DNA of 64,000 bases, taken from contig CACWVU010000003.1 in NCBI GenBank assembly GCA_902764415.1, positions 3,857 to 67,856 of the forward strand, in the 5' to 3' direction. The position numbers were made by a program, and so were the translations under genes. Positions 45,501 through 60,500 of this stretch are shown here, piece by piece. How positions within the stretch are numbered: the first letter of the stretch is position 1; each line of letters begins with the position of its first letter. Source of the DNA: an uncultured bacterium. GTDB taxonomy: Bacteria > Verrucomicrobiota > Kiritimatiellia > RFP12 > UBA1067. Under the pieces are notes generated by a model. That model was not told the origin of the DNA. It searched no databases and saw only the letters and a list, made by a program, of their open reading frames with translations.

Positions 45501-48500
45501 AACGCCGCGGCGATCGTGGCGACCGAGAAGTCGGTGCCGACGAACACCATCTGGATGCAGGACACCGACTGGAACGACAACGGCGTCGCCGACCGCGAGG
45601 AGAACCTCACCATCAAGTCGATCCCCGGCTTTACCCCGTCCGAGGCGCCGGAGTGGGAGGACGTCGACTGCGACGGCATCCCGGACCAGGACGACGAGGA
45701 CCCGGTCTTCGACAACTCGACGAAGTCGATCGAGGGCGACGTGATGGCCAAGGCGACGCTGAAGATGCTCACGGTGAGGATCGGCACGGTGGAGCTCGAG
45801 ACCAACTGGGTCACCTACGTCGTCTACGACCCCGATCAGGAGACCGCGACCAGGCTCGACGGCGACACCATCGTCATCCCGCGCGGCACCCCGGCGAGCG
45901 CGCTCACGAGCCTCTACACCACCTACCTCTACGGCCGCAAGAAGAGCGCTCCGCTCGGCATCGGCGTGGCGACGAACCTCGCGGAGGGCGTCGTCTACGA
46001 GCACGAGTGGAAGGACGTCGCGCTCGTCCACCACCAGGTCTACGAGCGCTTCGGCTTCAACCCGAACACCGCGAACGCGCTTGCCTCGCCCTCGAACTGG
46101 GTGAACACCGCCAAGTTCACCGCGCTCGACAAGTACATCGTGACCAACTACCTCTACGCGATCGGCGCGGTCGTCGACCCCGCCTCGTTCACCAACTGGA
46201 CGCTGAACGCCCGCCGCGTCGACTTCGACTACGACGGCCTCACCGACGGCTGGGAGCTCTACACGATGTTCGGCACCAACGCCGTCCAGGCGCTCGACAA
46301 GACCGCCAAGGCCTCGGTCATCAACGCCTGGGTGGCGGGCGACCGCGAGCTCGACCCCGACGGCGACGGCCTCACCAACCTCCACGAGTACAACGGCGGC
46401 TTCGAGCCGACGGATCCGTGGAACAAGTACACGTTCGATTTCGGCACCCCGTTGCCGGGTGGAGCGTTGCCGCTTACTGACTATGAAGCCCGCCGCTTCG
46501 ACATTGGCTCGGCGGAAAAGCAGCTTGCCGACGATGACAATGACGGCCTCTCGAACTGGGCGGAACTGCTCGCGACGCGCAACGGAGCGTTCGGCGAGTT
46601 CGACGTCAAGAAGGACTTCACCGTCACCAACCAGTTCGACTACTTCCGGACGAACGGACTCGAGGGCGTCGCGCGCCGCTACGCCGGCTTTGTCGTGACC
46701 GACCATGACTTTGTCGGCGACGCCTGGGAAGATGCGCATGATCTCACGGTGGCGAACCGCTACGTCTACGACGCCCACACCGACTACGATGACAACGGCT
46801 GGTCGCTCTGGAGCGAGGCCACCGCCGCCGCCATGTGGAAGCCCGAGGTGATCACCAACACCTACGACATGGGCGACGAGGTCTACACCTGGGTCTACAC
46901 CAACGGAGTCGAGTTCACCGGCACGCCGCTGCCGAAGGTGAACCTCGTGGCCATCGGCGACGTCGGTGACAAGAACTATTCGTACCAGCAGGTCGAAAAC
47001 GAGGGCACGACCAACGCGGTGACCAACACCGTCTGGGCGACGTATCCCGTCACGCTCAAGGCGTACCGCGGCAATGACCTTGGTAGCGCCTACAGAACGT
47101 TCTACGTGGACGGCACGGTGAAGGACGGCGTTCTCGTCGCCTCCTTCGACGGTGAGGGATTGGTGGAGGGCCTCAACACCTTTGTTCTTGAGAACGGCGA
47201 TGCGTCCGGATTCTGCAAGGCGATGGTTGGCTTCGACCGCGTCGATCTCGAGATCTCCATTGATTCCGGCGAAAGCGTCATTCCACCGCGCACCGTCTAC
47301 GGCTGGGGCGATGCGGTCTCCATCCGCCGCACGGAGATCAACGGCCGCACGTGCCCGATGCGTTATGTCTGGTCCGGCTCGGTCGACGGCTATGTCACGG
47401 CGGCGGACGTTCTCAAGTCCGGCGCGATCGATCTCGACGCGCGCTATTTGGTCGAGGACGCGGCGGCGATGGGCATCGCCAACACCAACATCGCGAGTGT
47501 GACCTATGAGGTCTCCGGCTGGTACGGCCAGACGTTCACCAAGACTTTCGCCGCGAAACGGCCGGTGGCGATCCCGGTTTCGCCCACCATCGGCAAGGCG
47601 TACACGGTAAGGACGCGCAAGCCGGTCTTTGCGTTCGCGGGGCTTGACGGCGCCACCGCGTTCGCGTTGCAGATCTCCATTTCCACGAACGCGGCAGACG
47701 TCTTCCTCGCCACGACCAATCTCCTGCCGGCCGCCAACTCCGCTGGGAGTCGCATCTTCAAGAGCGATTGGCAGATTGGCGAGGGACTCGACCTCAACGA
47801 CAGTTCCAACTACTTCTGGCGCGTCGTCGGTCTCAGCGCGAAGTGGCCGGAAGTTGAGGAGAGCGGAGCATCCGCGTGGGCCGAGTTCAAGACGTCCGTC
47901 GACTCTACGAAGGCGAACACCGGCTACGGCAAGATTGCGGCCGAGGTTCGCTACTACGGGGCGGCGACGAACGACACCGCCAGCGTAATCGTGGGCGTCT
48001 GGCGCGACGCCGCCTTCGCGGGAACACCGGTGGCTATGAAGCACCTCGCGGCCGGCGACTTCGCCGCACTCGCGGTACAGAAGGAAGAGAGCGAATTCTT
48101 CAAGCCGACTGCGAGCGTGGAGTTCGACGGCATCGAACCCGGCAACTACTACGTGATGGCCTACAACGATCTGAACGGCAACGGGAAGCGCGACGCTTGG
48201 GAGAGCTGGGGCTATAAGAACAAAGTCGGCACGGATGAGCCCGATCTTTATGCGCCGGTGGCGCTTACCGTCGTTTCCACCAAGGCGGCGACGCCGACGG
48301 CGCTCGTCTTTATGGAGGATACCGACATCAACGACAACGGCATCCCGGATTGCGTAGAGGACATTGATTTCTGCGGCGAAGATCCATCCTCGGTGTCCGG
48401 GAGCATGGATCTGGACGGCGACGGTCTTGACGAGTCCGACGAAATCTGGAACGAGCACCTCTATGGCACCGACCCGCTGGTCTGGGACACCGACGGCGAC

Positions 48501-51500
48501 GGTCTCCCCGACGGTTACGAGGTCTGGGCCGGACTCGACCCGGTCAGCGAGTACGATATCATGCTGACGCGTACCTACGCCGACACCAACGGTGTCGAGC
48601 AGACATACACCTATCGGACGTCCGCGGCGGAGAATGCGGAGGATGGCGACGTGATGGCCTACGCGATGATCGTGCGCAGGGCGCTTGTCGTCGCCGATGC
48701 AGTCGGCGGGGAGACCGTCACGCTCGTCGTCGATCCTGCCGACACGACGGACTACCGCGTCGGCGGCAAGCTGAAGGCCGGTGGCGTTACGAGCTTCGCG
48801 ACCGCCGTGCCCTATGCGACGCTGCCTTCCGCCGACTGGAACGAATACACCGAGAAGGAGTACTACGTGCTCTCCACGAACGTCTACGAGGCGACGGACA
48901 ACGACTTCGTGGTTGATGTCGTCGACGAGTTCGAGATCATGCTCATGCACTGGCAGGTGTACGGCGCGTTCGGCTTCGAGTCGGGCGTCGCGACGCCCGG
49001 CGATACGGAAAAGCGCGCGGACGGACAGGTCCATACGCGTCCGATGTACGGCATCGACAAGTACCTCGTCTCGGCGCTCCTCGGCATCGAAGAAGACATG
49101 AACCAGAATCGCCGCTGGGGACAGGGCCTCACCTGCCTCAAGCCCGGTGTCAGCGACTACGATGGCGACGGCATCCCGGACGGCTGGGAGCTTTATATGA
49201 TGTTCCCGGGCGCGAAGGCAGGCCGCTACGAGCCGGCGATGAATCCTTGGAAGCCGTTCGACGGCTACACGCCAGGCGCCGGCGGAATGACCTGGACCGG
49301 CCTCGACTACTACGACAAGGACGGCAACCTCCACACCGCCGGTGATGCCGACTGGACGCCGGCCGACTGGTACAACGGCGGCGCTAACGCGGCCTCGCCG
49401 TACACGGCCAACGACGGCAACACGTTCTACGTGGACATCGACGACAAGACGGCGCGCCAGTGGAACATCGAGTCGGTGACGAACCAGCTTGCGGACGTGG
49501 ACAACGATGGCCTCTCCAACATGGACGAGTATCTCGCCGCGCGCGACACGCTCGTGCCCGGAGCCGCCGACCTGGACGTCAGGAACAACTTCTCCAACGG
49601 CACGACTCTCGACTACTTCCGCACCAACGGAGTCTCTGGCGCCGGACGCCGCTACCTCGGCGAGATCGCGACCGACCACGACTTCATCGAGGACTGGTAC
49701 GAAGACTTCTACAACACCGACTCCGCCAGCCGCAACCGCTACGATGCGTACAACGACCGCGAGGAGGACGGATGGTCGAACTGGAGCGAGGCCCGCGCCG
49801 GCACCAACCCCGAGCTCTTCGGCACGCTCTCCCTCGTCCGCTACGACCTTACCGAGGACAATGTGGTCGCCGAGTATCCGATCCCCACCATCGGCGTGAC
49901 GCTCACCTACCAGACGATGGATACGTTCGATAGCTCCATCGTCTTGAAGGCGTGGCACGGCGACACGGCGGCGGGGACGCCCGACGCGGTTTGGACCGTG
50001 TCTGGTGCGGCGAACGGATCGACGATCAGCAAGCGCTTCCTCGGCCTCAACCCGAACCGCAGGGTCGACTTCAACATTGGCCCGGGCGACATCGCCGAGC
50101 ACCATGTCAAGATCCGCTGGTACGACCCAGACTACTACATCGAAACTATCAACTATGAAACGAACGGCACGATAAAGTCGATCGTCTACACCATCCATGA
50201 CATCGACTCCTCGCGCTGGTCGACACCGCCATACTTCGGCGATGACGTGCTGGATCAGTCCAACGGCAAGTACACTGCAGCGATTCCCGGCGGTTGGGTG
50301 AACTACAAGACCGGAGACATCTCAATCGACTTCTCCGATCCCGCCTACCGGGACACCGACTACACCTACCACGAGAGGGTCGACGACAACCAGAAGATCA
50401 TTCACCACTGGAACCTCACGCGCTCGTTCTTCAACGTCGAGTACATGAGCCGCATCGTCTCGAGCGGCAACCGCAAGACGTTCTCGCTCTCCAAGCCGAT
50501 GGAGGCCGACGCGAACTCCAAGGGCCGCCTCGTCGAGGGCAGGACGATCTTCATCGCCTTCGCTGATGTGAACGGCAACGGCGTGCTGGATCCCGGCGAG
50601 CCCTTCGGCTACCAGAAGGGCGTCGAGGTCGGCTGGGACAAGGTCGCCGATTTGAGGATTGAACTCACCGACGAGGCGCCGGCGCTGCCGCGCGTCGCTC
50701 TCGGAGGCATTTCCTCCAACGCCTGGCTGAGCATTCGTCGCCAGGTGGTGAATGATTCCGTCCGCAGAGGTATAGAGAAGGTCGTCTGGACCGGCCGTGC
50801 GCCGTCGTCCGGCAGCCTGACCGAGGCCGACATCCTGCTGGAAGCGGGTGGTTACGTGTTCGACGGCAGTCTTACGAACGATGCCGTCAAGGCCGGCCTC
50901 GGACAGGTCTACAGCTCCTGCTACGGCCTCTATGCCGACGGCGACCTGATTGCAGCCTTCACCAACGTCTTCGACCTGGCGCGCGATGTGCCGGTGCCGG
51001 TCTCGCCGAGCGATAAAAACGGCTATCTTGTCCGCACGGCAAGGCCGACATTCGTCTTCAACGGCGACCGTTCGAAGTACACGGCGTTCGCAATCCAGAT
51101 TGCCGACGCGGCAGGCGACGTCGTCTGGACGTCGACAACCAACGTGTTCCCGGCCGCTACCGCCTCTGGCAGCGAATATGTCGCCCCCGTCTACATCGGC
51201 CAGGGCCAGTTGCTCGCCGACGGCACGAACTACCTCTGGCGCGTCGCGCAGTTCAACAGCAAGTTCCCGACGGCCGAGGATGACGCGGACTGGAGCGATT
51301 GGACTCCGTTCAAGACCGCCGTCGATTCGACGGACGGCGATACGGGCTACGGCAAGCTCTCCGCTGAGATCCGCTACTACGGCGCCGCGACCTCCGCGCT
51401 GACGAACGTGATCGTGGGTGTCTATGATACGGCCGACTTCACGGGCGAGCCGATTGCGAAGGCGACGCTTCTCGGCGACGGCACCGTGCAGGATCTCGCG

Positions 51501-54500
51501 AGGATTCCCGACGCTGGCAAGGGCTTCATGAACATCGAGACAAATGTCGTCTTCGACGGCGTCTCGGCCGGTCCCCGCTATGTCATGGCGTACATCGACG
51601 TGAACGGCAACGGCCGCCGCGACCGCTACGAGCCGTGGGGCTACTACAACAACGTCGGCACCGATACCAAGGCGCTCTACACGCCGATGTCGCTGGCCGT
51701 CAGCGCGGCCAAGGCGGATGCACCGAGCTGCATCGTCTTCATCGAGGACACCGATGTCAACGACAACGGCATCCCGGACAGCGCCGAAGACACGTCGTCC
51801 TGGACGGATCCGCTTCCCGCCAGCGCCGATCTCACCGACGCCGATGGCGACGGGCTGACTGCATTTGACGAAATCAACCTCTACGGCACCAATCCGTACT
51901 GCGCGGACACCGACGGCGACGGCATGGACGACGGCTGGGAAGTCGCGAACGGGCTGAACCCGCGCGTGGACGACTCGGATGTTGTCGGTGCCGACGATGT
52001 CATGGCCTATGCCGAGGTTGAGGCGCAGATTGCGGTTTCGAACGACACGGTCTATGTGGTGATGACGGTTGTTGATGGATACGGCAAGGTCGTCGCGACG
52101 AACCTCTACGACACGTTCACGCTGGGCGACGGCAGGATCGCGGTCGGCAAGAAGTCCGACGCGGTGGTGGTGCCTGGACAGTTCTATGCGACGATTTCCA
52201 CGAACGTGGTGCTGATCCACTCCGCCGTCTACGACTGGTTCGGTTTCGACCCGACCACGGCGAACCCGCGCGCCACTGCGGCGGAGGACGAAGGCGGCGA
52301 GGACGGCAACGGCCTCGGTCGGAACACGGTTCCGTTCACCGCGTATTGGAAATTCGTCACTGAAAAGCACTACCTCAAGGAACTCTTCGGGGTCGACTGG
52401 TCGCTCAAGACCGCAGCGATTGATTCCAACGCCAACGGTCTGCCAGACGGCTGGGAGCTCTATGTCGCGTTCGCCACCAAGACGGTCGATCCGAACACCA
52501 ACACCGGCTTCCCGCTCGCCGGCGACATACTGGTCGACGCCATCGCCAACTTCAACGAAGGCGTCGACGAGTCCGATCCGTGGAACCGGTACTACTTCTA
52601 CGAGCAGCTTGGCAGCACGAATGGCGTAGTCCGCTACACCAATGCCGAGGCGCGCAAGTACGATCTCGCCAACGGCGACCTCACCAATGACGAGGACTTC
52701 GACGGGCTCTCCAACTACTCCGAGTTCCTCGCCTCGAAGTTGACGCCTGCCATTGAACTGGATGTCACCAATCCCGTCACCGACGGCGTGACCCCGGACT
52801 ACTTCCGCAAGGCCGGCGACGACTATATGGGCCTCCTCTTCAACGGCGGCGAGTTCATCGAACCGGAACTGCGGAGGGTGATGGGCATCGCCACGCAGAC
52901 TGGTGCCGGTACGCAAGACTACAAGGACACCGGCTGGGATGCTTGGGCGACGGCGCGCTACTCCATCTACAACATGGATCAGACCGTCGACATCTCCGGC
53001 GTCGTGAGCGACGAGTTGATGCTCCTTATTCGCTACTGGAATGTGATCAGGCCCGGCGAGTTCACGGGCACGACCGTGAAAGAAGCTCTGGACTTCTTCC
53101 ATGAGGTCTGGGAAGGCGTCATCCGCCTGATCGACAGCGAGGGCAACATCCTAATCGACGGCAAGGACGCGAGCGTGAGCGGTCCCGGCACCATTCATCA
53201 GGCAGACGCCGCGCAGACGACCACGCAGGTCGTGGCCTTCTTCGGCGGCCAGGCGAAGATGGAGGAGGTCATCGCCCGGAACAAGAAGGACATCGCGGCG
53301 GACCAGATCGTCAAGCCGGAGCCGGAAGTCAAGCTCTTGCTCAAGTACGCCGGCAACGGATCGCACAATGTCGTCATCGAGGCATACCAGCTCAACCCGG
53401 CGTATCCAGAATACGGCGAGCAGATGACGGCGCAGTGGACGACGCCGGTGACGTTCTCCGCAGGCATCGCGCAGACTGTTCTCGCCACGACCCCGGCGTC
53501 CGGCGCGCTCCTGCAGGGTCCGGCGAGGTTCGTCGCCTACATCGACCAGGACGGCAGCAACTCGCTTTCGGCCGGCGACATCTTCGGCGAGACGTCCTGC
53601 GAAGTGGGCTACCTCGGCTGCAACCTCGAGATTGCGCTCGGCGAGGCCAACCCGGCCCTCCCGGCGCTGCGCCTCGCCGACGGCACGAATGCTGTCAACA
53701 CGATTGCACTCGTCCGCACGGCGATCAACGGCAAGCCGCTCTACAATAACGCGAAGGGCGTGTTCATCGTCCAGTTCCCGAACAACGCCGCGCGCGAGTC
53801 GCTGTATCCCGACGAGTACGACTCGGGCGACTACATCGGCATCGACCAGGGGCTCTCGACGCTGGTGAACATCAAAGACGAGCACGGCGTCGTGACGAAC
53901 GGCATTGAGAGCGTGACCTATGAGGTGCTGCGGCTCACGCCTTACGAAATTGCGGGGCTCTCCATCACGAACCTCAACCACTACATACTGGTCGAGACGA
54001 ACGGCGAGTCGTCCGTCACCTCCAACTTCGTGAATCAGTCGGTGAACGAGGAGATCACGATTAAGTACTCGCTCATACGCGACGTCGCGAAATCCATCGC
54101 GTGCGCGGGTTCGACGGCGGATGACCTCACGTTCACCTTCACGGTGCCGACCGACACCGCAAACACCAAGTTCTGGCTGAAGACCGTGTCCGGTGTCGAA
54201 ACGAACATCCTCGGTGGCACAAAGGGATTCATCCTCAATGACATTCGCGACGGCGTGGTCGTACTTGACAAGCAATGGTTCAAGAAGAACAATGTCGCGA
54301 TCCCGACGGGACGCGTCAAGTTCGGCGTGGTTCTCGGCAACGACAGGTTTGGCAGGCCCGGAGACAGTTCCGACGACTGGAATTGCGCGTTGGCTGAGGT
54401 GTTCGTCAACGAAGGCGCGTCCTTCGACGGCAAGCTCGCGGTCGTGGTCAAGCATCCGACGGCGACACTGGGATCGAAGTTGACGATTGCCGCGTACGAG

Positions 54501-57500
54501 AGCTCTGACCTCGCGAACGCGGTCGCGGTCACGAACAATGTTGCCGCCAGTACGGCGGTCGAGCTCACGGGCCTCCGTCCTGGCGCGAGCTACTATATCG
54601 CCGCGTGGTACGTCAACGACGAGAATGACGGTCGCGGCAGCGACAAGAGCGGCAACAAGTACCGCATGCCCTACGACACCTGGGGCTACTACTGCAAACT
54701 CGACGTCACGAATGCGCTTGGGGTTGCGTCGTCGATGGCGTTCGATCCGGTGGCGGTCATCGCGGCGACGAATGCGTCCGAGATCACGATCTATCTGCAA
54801 GACACCGATTGGAACGCCAACAACATCGTTGATCGCGAAGAGAACTTCCGCGCCATCAACGGCGATTACGACCGCTCGGTCGACCCGAAGTACGGCTTCG
54901 ATATCGCTGGCATCGACGAGGTGGAACTCTTCAGCGACGCAGGCGAGAACGACGTCTTCGCGTACGCCGAGGTCCCGTTCTACTGCGTGATGGCGAATGT
55001 CGGCGGCGCCGAGATGTGGTTCGCGGTGACCAATCTCGACGAGGAGACCGTCTCCGACAAGATTGTTCCCGGCATTCCTGTCGGCGCATTGCTCAAGGAT
55101 CTCATTACGCTCAAAGCGACCTACTTCTATGACTTCGGCAAGACGAAGCCCACCCGCCTCGCGCTCGGCACTAACATCGTCTGGACCGGCGAGGAGAAGG
55201 TGGTGAAGGCGGTGGAGAGCAAGTCGCTCATCCTCGTCCACGGCCAGGTGTACGACTACTTCAAGTTCAACCCGAACACGGCGAACGGGCGCATCGCCAA
55301 GTCCGGGTGGGTGAACACCAGATCGTTCACGAGCGCGGACAAGAGCTACGTCACCAACTACCTTGCGAACGTCCTCGGCGAAACGGATGTTTCGGGGAAG
55401 GCACTTCCGATCGACTATCCCGACGCAGATGAGGTCGTGAACGGACGAGGCGACGGCATCCTCGACGGCTGGGAGCTCTATGTCAAACACAGCCCGTGGG
55501 ACTTCACCGACCGCACGTTTGACGCGGATGAAGACGGTCTTGACCAACTCCACGAGTACGACGGCGGCTTCGAGCCGACCGACCCGTGGGACGCGTATTC
55601 GGTGTACAACAACTTCTTCGAGAACGGGCTGCTCCTGCCTGGCACGCCGAAGTTTACCGACGCCGAGGCGCGCAGGTTCGGCATCGCCGAGGCCGACGTA
55701 GACAAGGACGACGACAACGACCTCCTTACCAATCTCCAGGAGATCCAGGCGTACTACTACGACCGGACGGGCCTTGACGACATCGACCCGGAGAAGGCGT
55801 GGAGCGACGGCGCGACGCCGGACTACTTCCGCGCGGTCGGCTCGACCTACCTCGGCCTCCTCTTCAACGGCGGCGAGTTCATCGAGCCAGAAGCCCGCAA
55901 GGCGCTTGGCATCGGCGTCTTCAGCCAGGTGGGCACACGCGACCACGCCATGACCGGCTGGGACAACTGGTCTACGGTGCGCTACAGCATCGCCAAGAAG
56001 GAGGGCACGCTGTCCGTCTCTGGCGTCAGCGAGGAGCTGATGCTGGTCATCCGCTACCTGAACGTGATCCGTCCCGGCGAGTTCCAGGGCGGCACGCTCG
56101 AGGAGGTGCTCGAGTTCTTCCACAGCAACTGGGAGGGCGTGACCCGCGCCATCGACAGCGAGGGCAATGTCGTGGTCGAGGCCAAGGACAAGGAAGTCCA
56201 CGGCGGCGCGTACATCGTCGACGCCGACGCGGTGTCCACCACCGAGGGGCTGATTCGCTTCTTCGGCGGCGTCGACCGGATGCAGGCCGACATCGCTGCG
56301 AACAAGAAGGTGCTGACCGACGCCGACATCGCCACTCCGGAGGTTGAGGTCGTCCTCACGCTCAAGTACGCAGGCAACGATTCGCAGAATATTGCAGTCG
56401 AGGCGTACCAGGTCAACCCGGCGTATCCTGAGTACGGAATGCAGCAGACGGCCAAGTGGAACGTGTCCGAGAAGTTCTCGGCCGGCGTCGCCCAGATCGT
56501 TCTTCCCTCCACTCCGGCGGCGGGCGCGCTCGTCCAGGGACCTGCGCGGTTCGTGGCGTACATCGACCAGGACGGCGACAACAAGCTCTCGGCCGGCGAC
56601 ATCTACGGCACCACCGACGTCGAGGTCGGCTACCTCGGCGCCAAGCTGACTATCAGGATGGGCGGCGAGCAGGACTACGCCTATCCGCTCGTCCGCGTGC
56701 AGGCGACCAACGACTGCTCGATTGTGGCGCTCGTCCGCTCCAAGATCAACGACGTGCCGCTCTACAGCCAGGTCGCCGGCGTCTACTACTGCTATCTGCA
56801 GAACAACGCCGCTCGCGAGGCGATCTACCCGATCGAGTTCTTCACCGAGGAGCACACCGGCCTTGACAAGGACCTTGCCCTCGACTACGGCGGGGAGCTG
56901 GAGCAGATCGAGTCGGTCACCTACGAAATCCTCCACCTCGACCTCGCGGGGCTCAACGACGTCAACGTCACCAACCTCAACCACTACCTCTGGATAGAGG
57001 AGGTCGAGACCGACGACGGCGTATCCAACGTCGTGCACTTCGTGGAGCAGTCCCTCAACGAGGAGGTCACCTTCCGCTACTCCAACACCCGCGACAAGGC
57101 GGACGTTTGGGGCGTCGCCGACGCGGTGAAGGGGAACGTCACCGTCTCGTTCACCGTCCCGAACGACGGCTACGCCAACACGCGCTTCTGGCTCAAGGTC
57201 AACGGAGCCGTCTACGACGGCGAGCACGGCAACGGCTTCCTGATCCCGCCGGTCGCCGACCACGTGGTCGTGCTCGACCAGGAGTGGTTCGACAACGAGG
57301 GCAAGGACGTCGTCTTCGACGTCGGCGAGAATAAGGTGCAGGTGCTGCTCGGCAACGACAAGTACGCGTACACTGAAGATGTTGCCGAGTGGTCCGAAGA
57401 GGCCCGGTTCAGCGTCGACGCCGCACCGATCCGCACCGGCAAGCTCGCGGTTGAGGTGAAGCATCCGCTTACCAACTTCACCAGTGGCGTCACCATCGCG

Positions 57501-60500
57501 GCCTACGAGACCGCCGACCTCGTGAACCCGGTCGTGGTCTCCAACAACGTCGCGTCCGACGCCGCGGTCGTCCTCGAAGGCCTCCGTCCCGGCGCGAAGT
57601 ACTATGTCGCCGCATGGTACGCGAAGGAGCCCGATGACGGCCGTCTCAACGCCGACACGCGCATGCCGTGGGACAGCTGGGGCTACTACTGCAACCTCAC
57701 TCATACCAATGCGCTCCAGATTGCCGGCACCTACGGCTTCGACCCGGTGGCGATTGCCGCGGGCGACACGCTGGTATCGACGAACGCCGTCTGGCTGCAG
57801 GACACCGACTTCAACGACAACGGCGTGGCCGACCGCGAGGAGGACTTCTTGGACGTGCCGGCTTTCTACGACCGCGAGCTTGAGGTCGCCTATTACTTCG
57901 ACATCGCCGGCGCCGAGGAGCGCCACACCAGCGGCGGCGGCGGCTCGACGGCCACGCACTGGGCGATGGCCTATGCTGTGGTGCCGTACGCGACGGTGGC
58001 GACGACCAACGAGCGCGGCGCGGTGGTCTGGTACGCGGTCGTTGTCGACCCCGCCGACCCCTCGTCCTCCAACGTCACCAGCGTCGGCATCGCGGTGGGC
58101 ACGCCGCTCTCCGAGCTCAAGCTCGCCTCCACCTACTACTACGGCAAGGAGCTGGCGCTCGGCACCAACGTCTCCTTCGCCGCCGACTCGGAGTGGAAGG
58201 TGACCGAGTCGCGGGTGCAGGACGTCGTGCTCGTCCATGCCCAGGTGCTCGACCGCTTCGGCTTCGACCCGGCGACAGCCAACAGCGCCATCGCGACCGG
58301 CGAGCGCGTGAACTCGAAGGAATTCACCAAGCGCGACAAGTCCAGGTACCTCGCCGACTACCTCGAGAACGCGCTCGGCGTCACCAACGCCGCCGCCTAC
58401 GTGCTCAACACCACCGTCGACGACTCCGACCCGGTCTACGGCGGCATGGGCGACGGCATCGCCGACGGCTGGGAGCTCTACATGATGTTCAAGCCCGACG
58501 GCGTGAGGGACGGCATCGTCGGCACGGTCGCCGACCTCACCAACGAGCTGGTCAGGCTCTCGCCGTGGAACTACGACGACCGCGACGGCGACCTCGACGG
58601 CGATGGGCTCTCCAACCTCCTCGAGTACGACGGCGGCCACTTCCCGACCAACCCCTACGACGTCGACACCGACGGCGACGGAATCACCGACCTCTACGCC
58701 TGGAAGTACATGCTCAAGGGTGGCGAAGCCGACGGCGACACCGACGGCGACCGGCTCTCCAACTACGCCGAGTACCTCATCAGCGAGGTCTTCCAGTTCT
58801 GCGACCTCGATCCGCGCAACCCGAAGACCGACGGCGCGTGCGTCGACTACTTCCGCAAGGTTGGCAACCTCTACCTCGGCGAGCTCTTCACCGACCACGA
58901 CCAGGTCTCCGACCGCTGGGAGGCGCAGTATGCGACCGAGAAGTCCAATACCGGCGACATCTGGGCGAACCGCTACGTCTACGATCCCGAGAAGGACCTC
59001 GACGGCGACGGCTGGTCGAACTACGCCGAGTCGCGCGCCGGCACGAGTCCGGAGGTGGCCGACTCCATCGGCATCGACCAGATGACGCTGGCCGAGCACC
59101 CGGTCCCGATCATCGAGGCGACGGTAGTCTACAACGGCTACGACCCGATCTACGGCCCGATCGTCTTCCGCGCCTGGAACCAGAAGTACGACCCGGAGAT
59201 GATGCACGCGCCCGATGCGATCTGGACGGTGCCCTCGAGCGTCTCCCGCGGCAGCGACGGCAACGGCACCACGACGGACGCCGGCGCGCAGGTCCTGGAG
59301 GCCGCCAAGTATGTCGGCGTCAAGCCGGCCGGCCGCGTCGTCTACAGCCTCGGCCCGGGCTCGGTGACGCCCGGCTCGGTGAAGATCTACTTCCGCGATC
59401 CGGCCTTCCGCCGCGCGGTGGTGCGCGACAGGACCGAAGTCTACGTCTCCGACGCCGGCGTCTCGCAGGCGAAGTGGTATGCGCTCGTCCAGGACAAGAA
59501 CGGCGAGCTCGTCACCTCCATCACCAACCAGACCGCCGTCGCGGTTGGCTCGATCGACTACACCACCGGCAAGGTCGAGATCGACTTCGGCTCCGCCGCG
59601 CTCAGCGGCAGCGTCTACGCCCAGATGATCAACGCGACGAGCGGCAACGAGAAGATCGACTCCGACATCACCCACTCGCTCCAGTACTTCAACTGCGAGA
59701 AGCTCAACCTCGACGCAAGCTACGTGAAGCTCGAGTGGAACCGCACCCGCGTCGGCACCAACGTCGGCGGCGTCTACTACCTCGGCGACGCCGACCCGGC
59801 GACCGGCGAATCCTCCGGCGGCAGCTCCGGCGGCAACCCGTTCAGCTCCGGCGGCAACTCCACCAGCTTCACCTCCATGAGCAAGGGCTACGTGCGCGAG
59901 GGCCTGAACAGCTTCGTCGTCTACGCCGACCAGGACGGCGACGGCGACTACACGCCCGGCGAGCCCTTCGGCTTCGTGCGCGACGTCGACGTCGGCTGGC
60001 AGGGCGCCAAGTTCTCGGTCGAGCTCTCCGAGACCTCGCCGATCTTCGCCCGCGTCAACGTCCGGACCGAGGAGAACGACCGCGTCAACCTCTACGGCGT
60101 CTACAGCGACACGATGTTCATCACCAACATCATGGACCTCGCCACCGCCCAGAGCGTCGACGAAGCCTCCATGACCGACGGCGGCCGCTACATCCACGTC
60201 CGGATCGACCGCTACGCCGTCAACGGCGTGCAGCTCGGTGTCGGCGCCGGCCAGCTCAACATCGACGACCGCGTGCTGGTCGACAAGTACATCGACGGCA
60301 ACGTCCGCAGCGTCTTCCACGAGGGCGACTTCCTAAAGGAGGGCGAGTTCGACATCGACTGGTCCACCTTCGAGGAAATCTCCGAAAGCCCGGAAATCGC
60401 GGAGAAGCTCGGCAACAACCCCGACATCACCTCCGTCGCCTACCGCATCGTGGTCGACAACGCGCTGGTGGTGAGCCCGGCCACGAACAACCTCTCGCTC

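Noticed and set aside
37491-50198. A 4,235-aa minus-strand ORF. Sister ORFs are 53151..60320 (2,389 aa), 31116..36317 (1,733 aa) and 50322..53102 (926 aa).
   Set aside because: All are in the frame exactly codon-aligned with the + strand giant gene (codon starts are 0 mod 3). Antisense stops therefore arise only from sense TTA, CTA or TCA codons, which the extreme G/C-ending codon bias almost eliminates. Their products are R/A/G/V/D-rich low-complexity sequence with no recognisable motifs. They are shadow ORFs.
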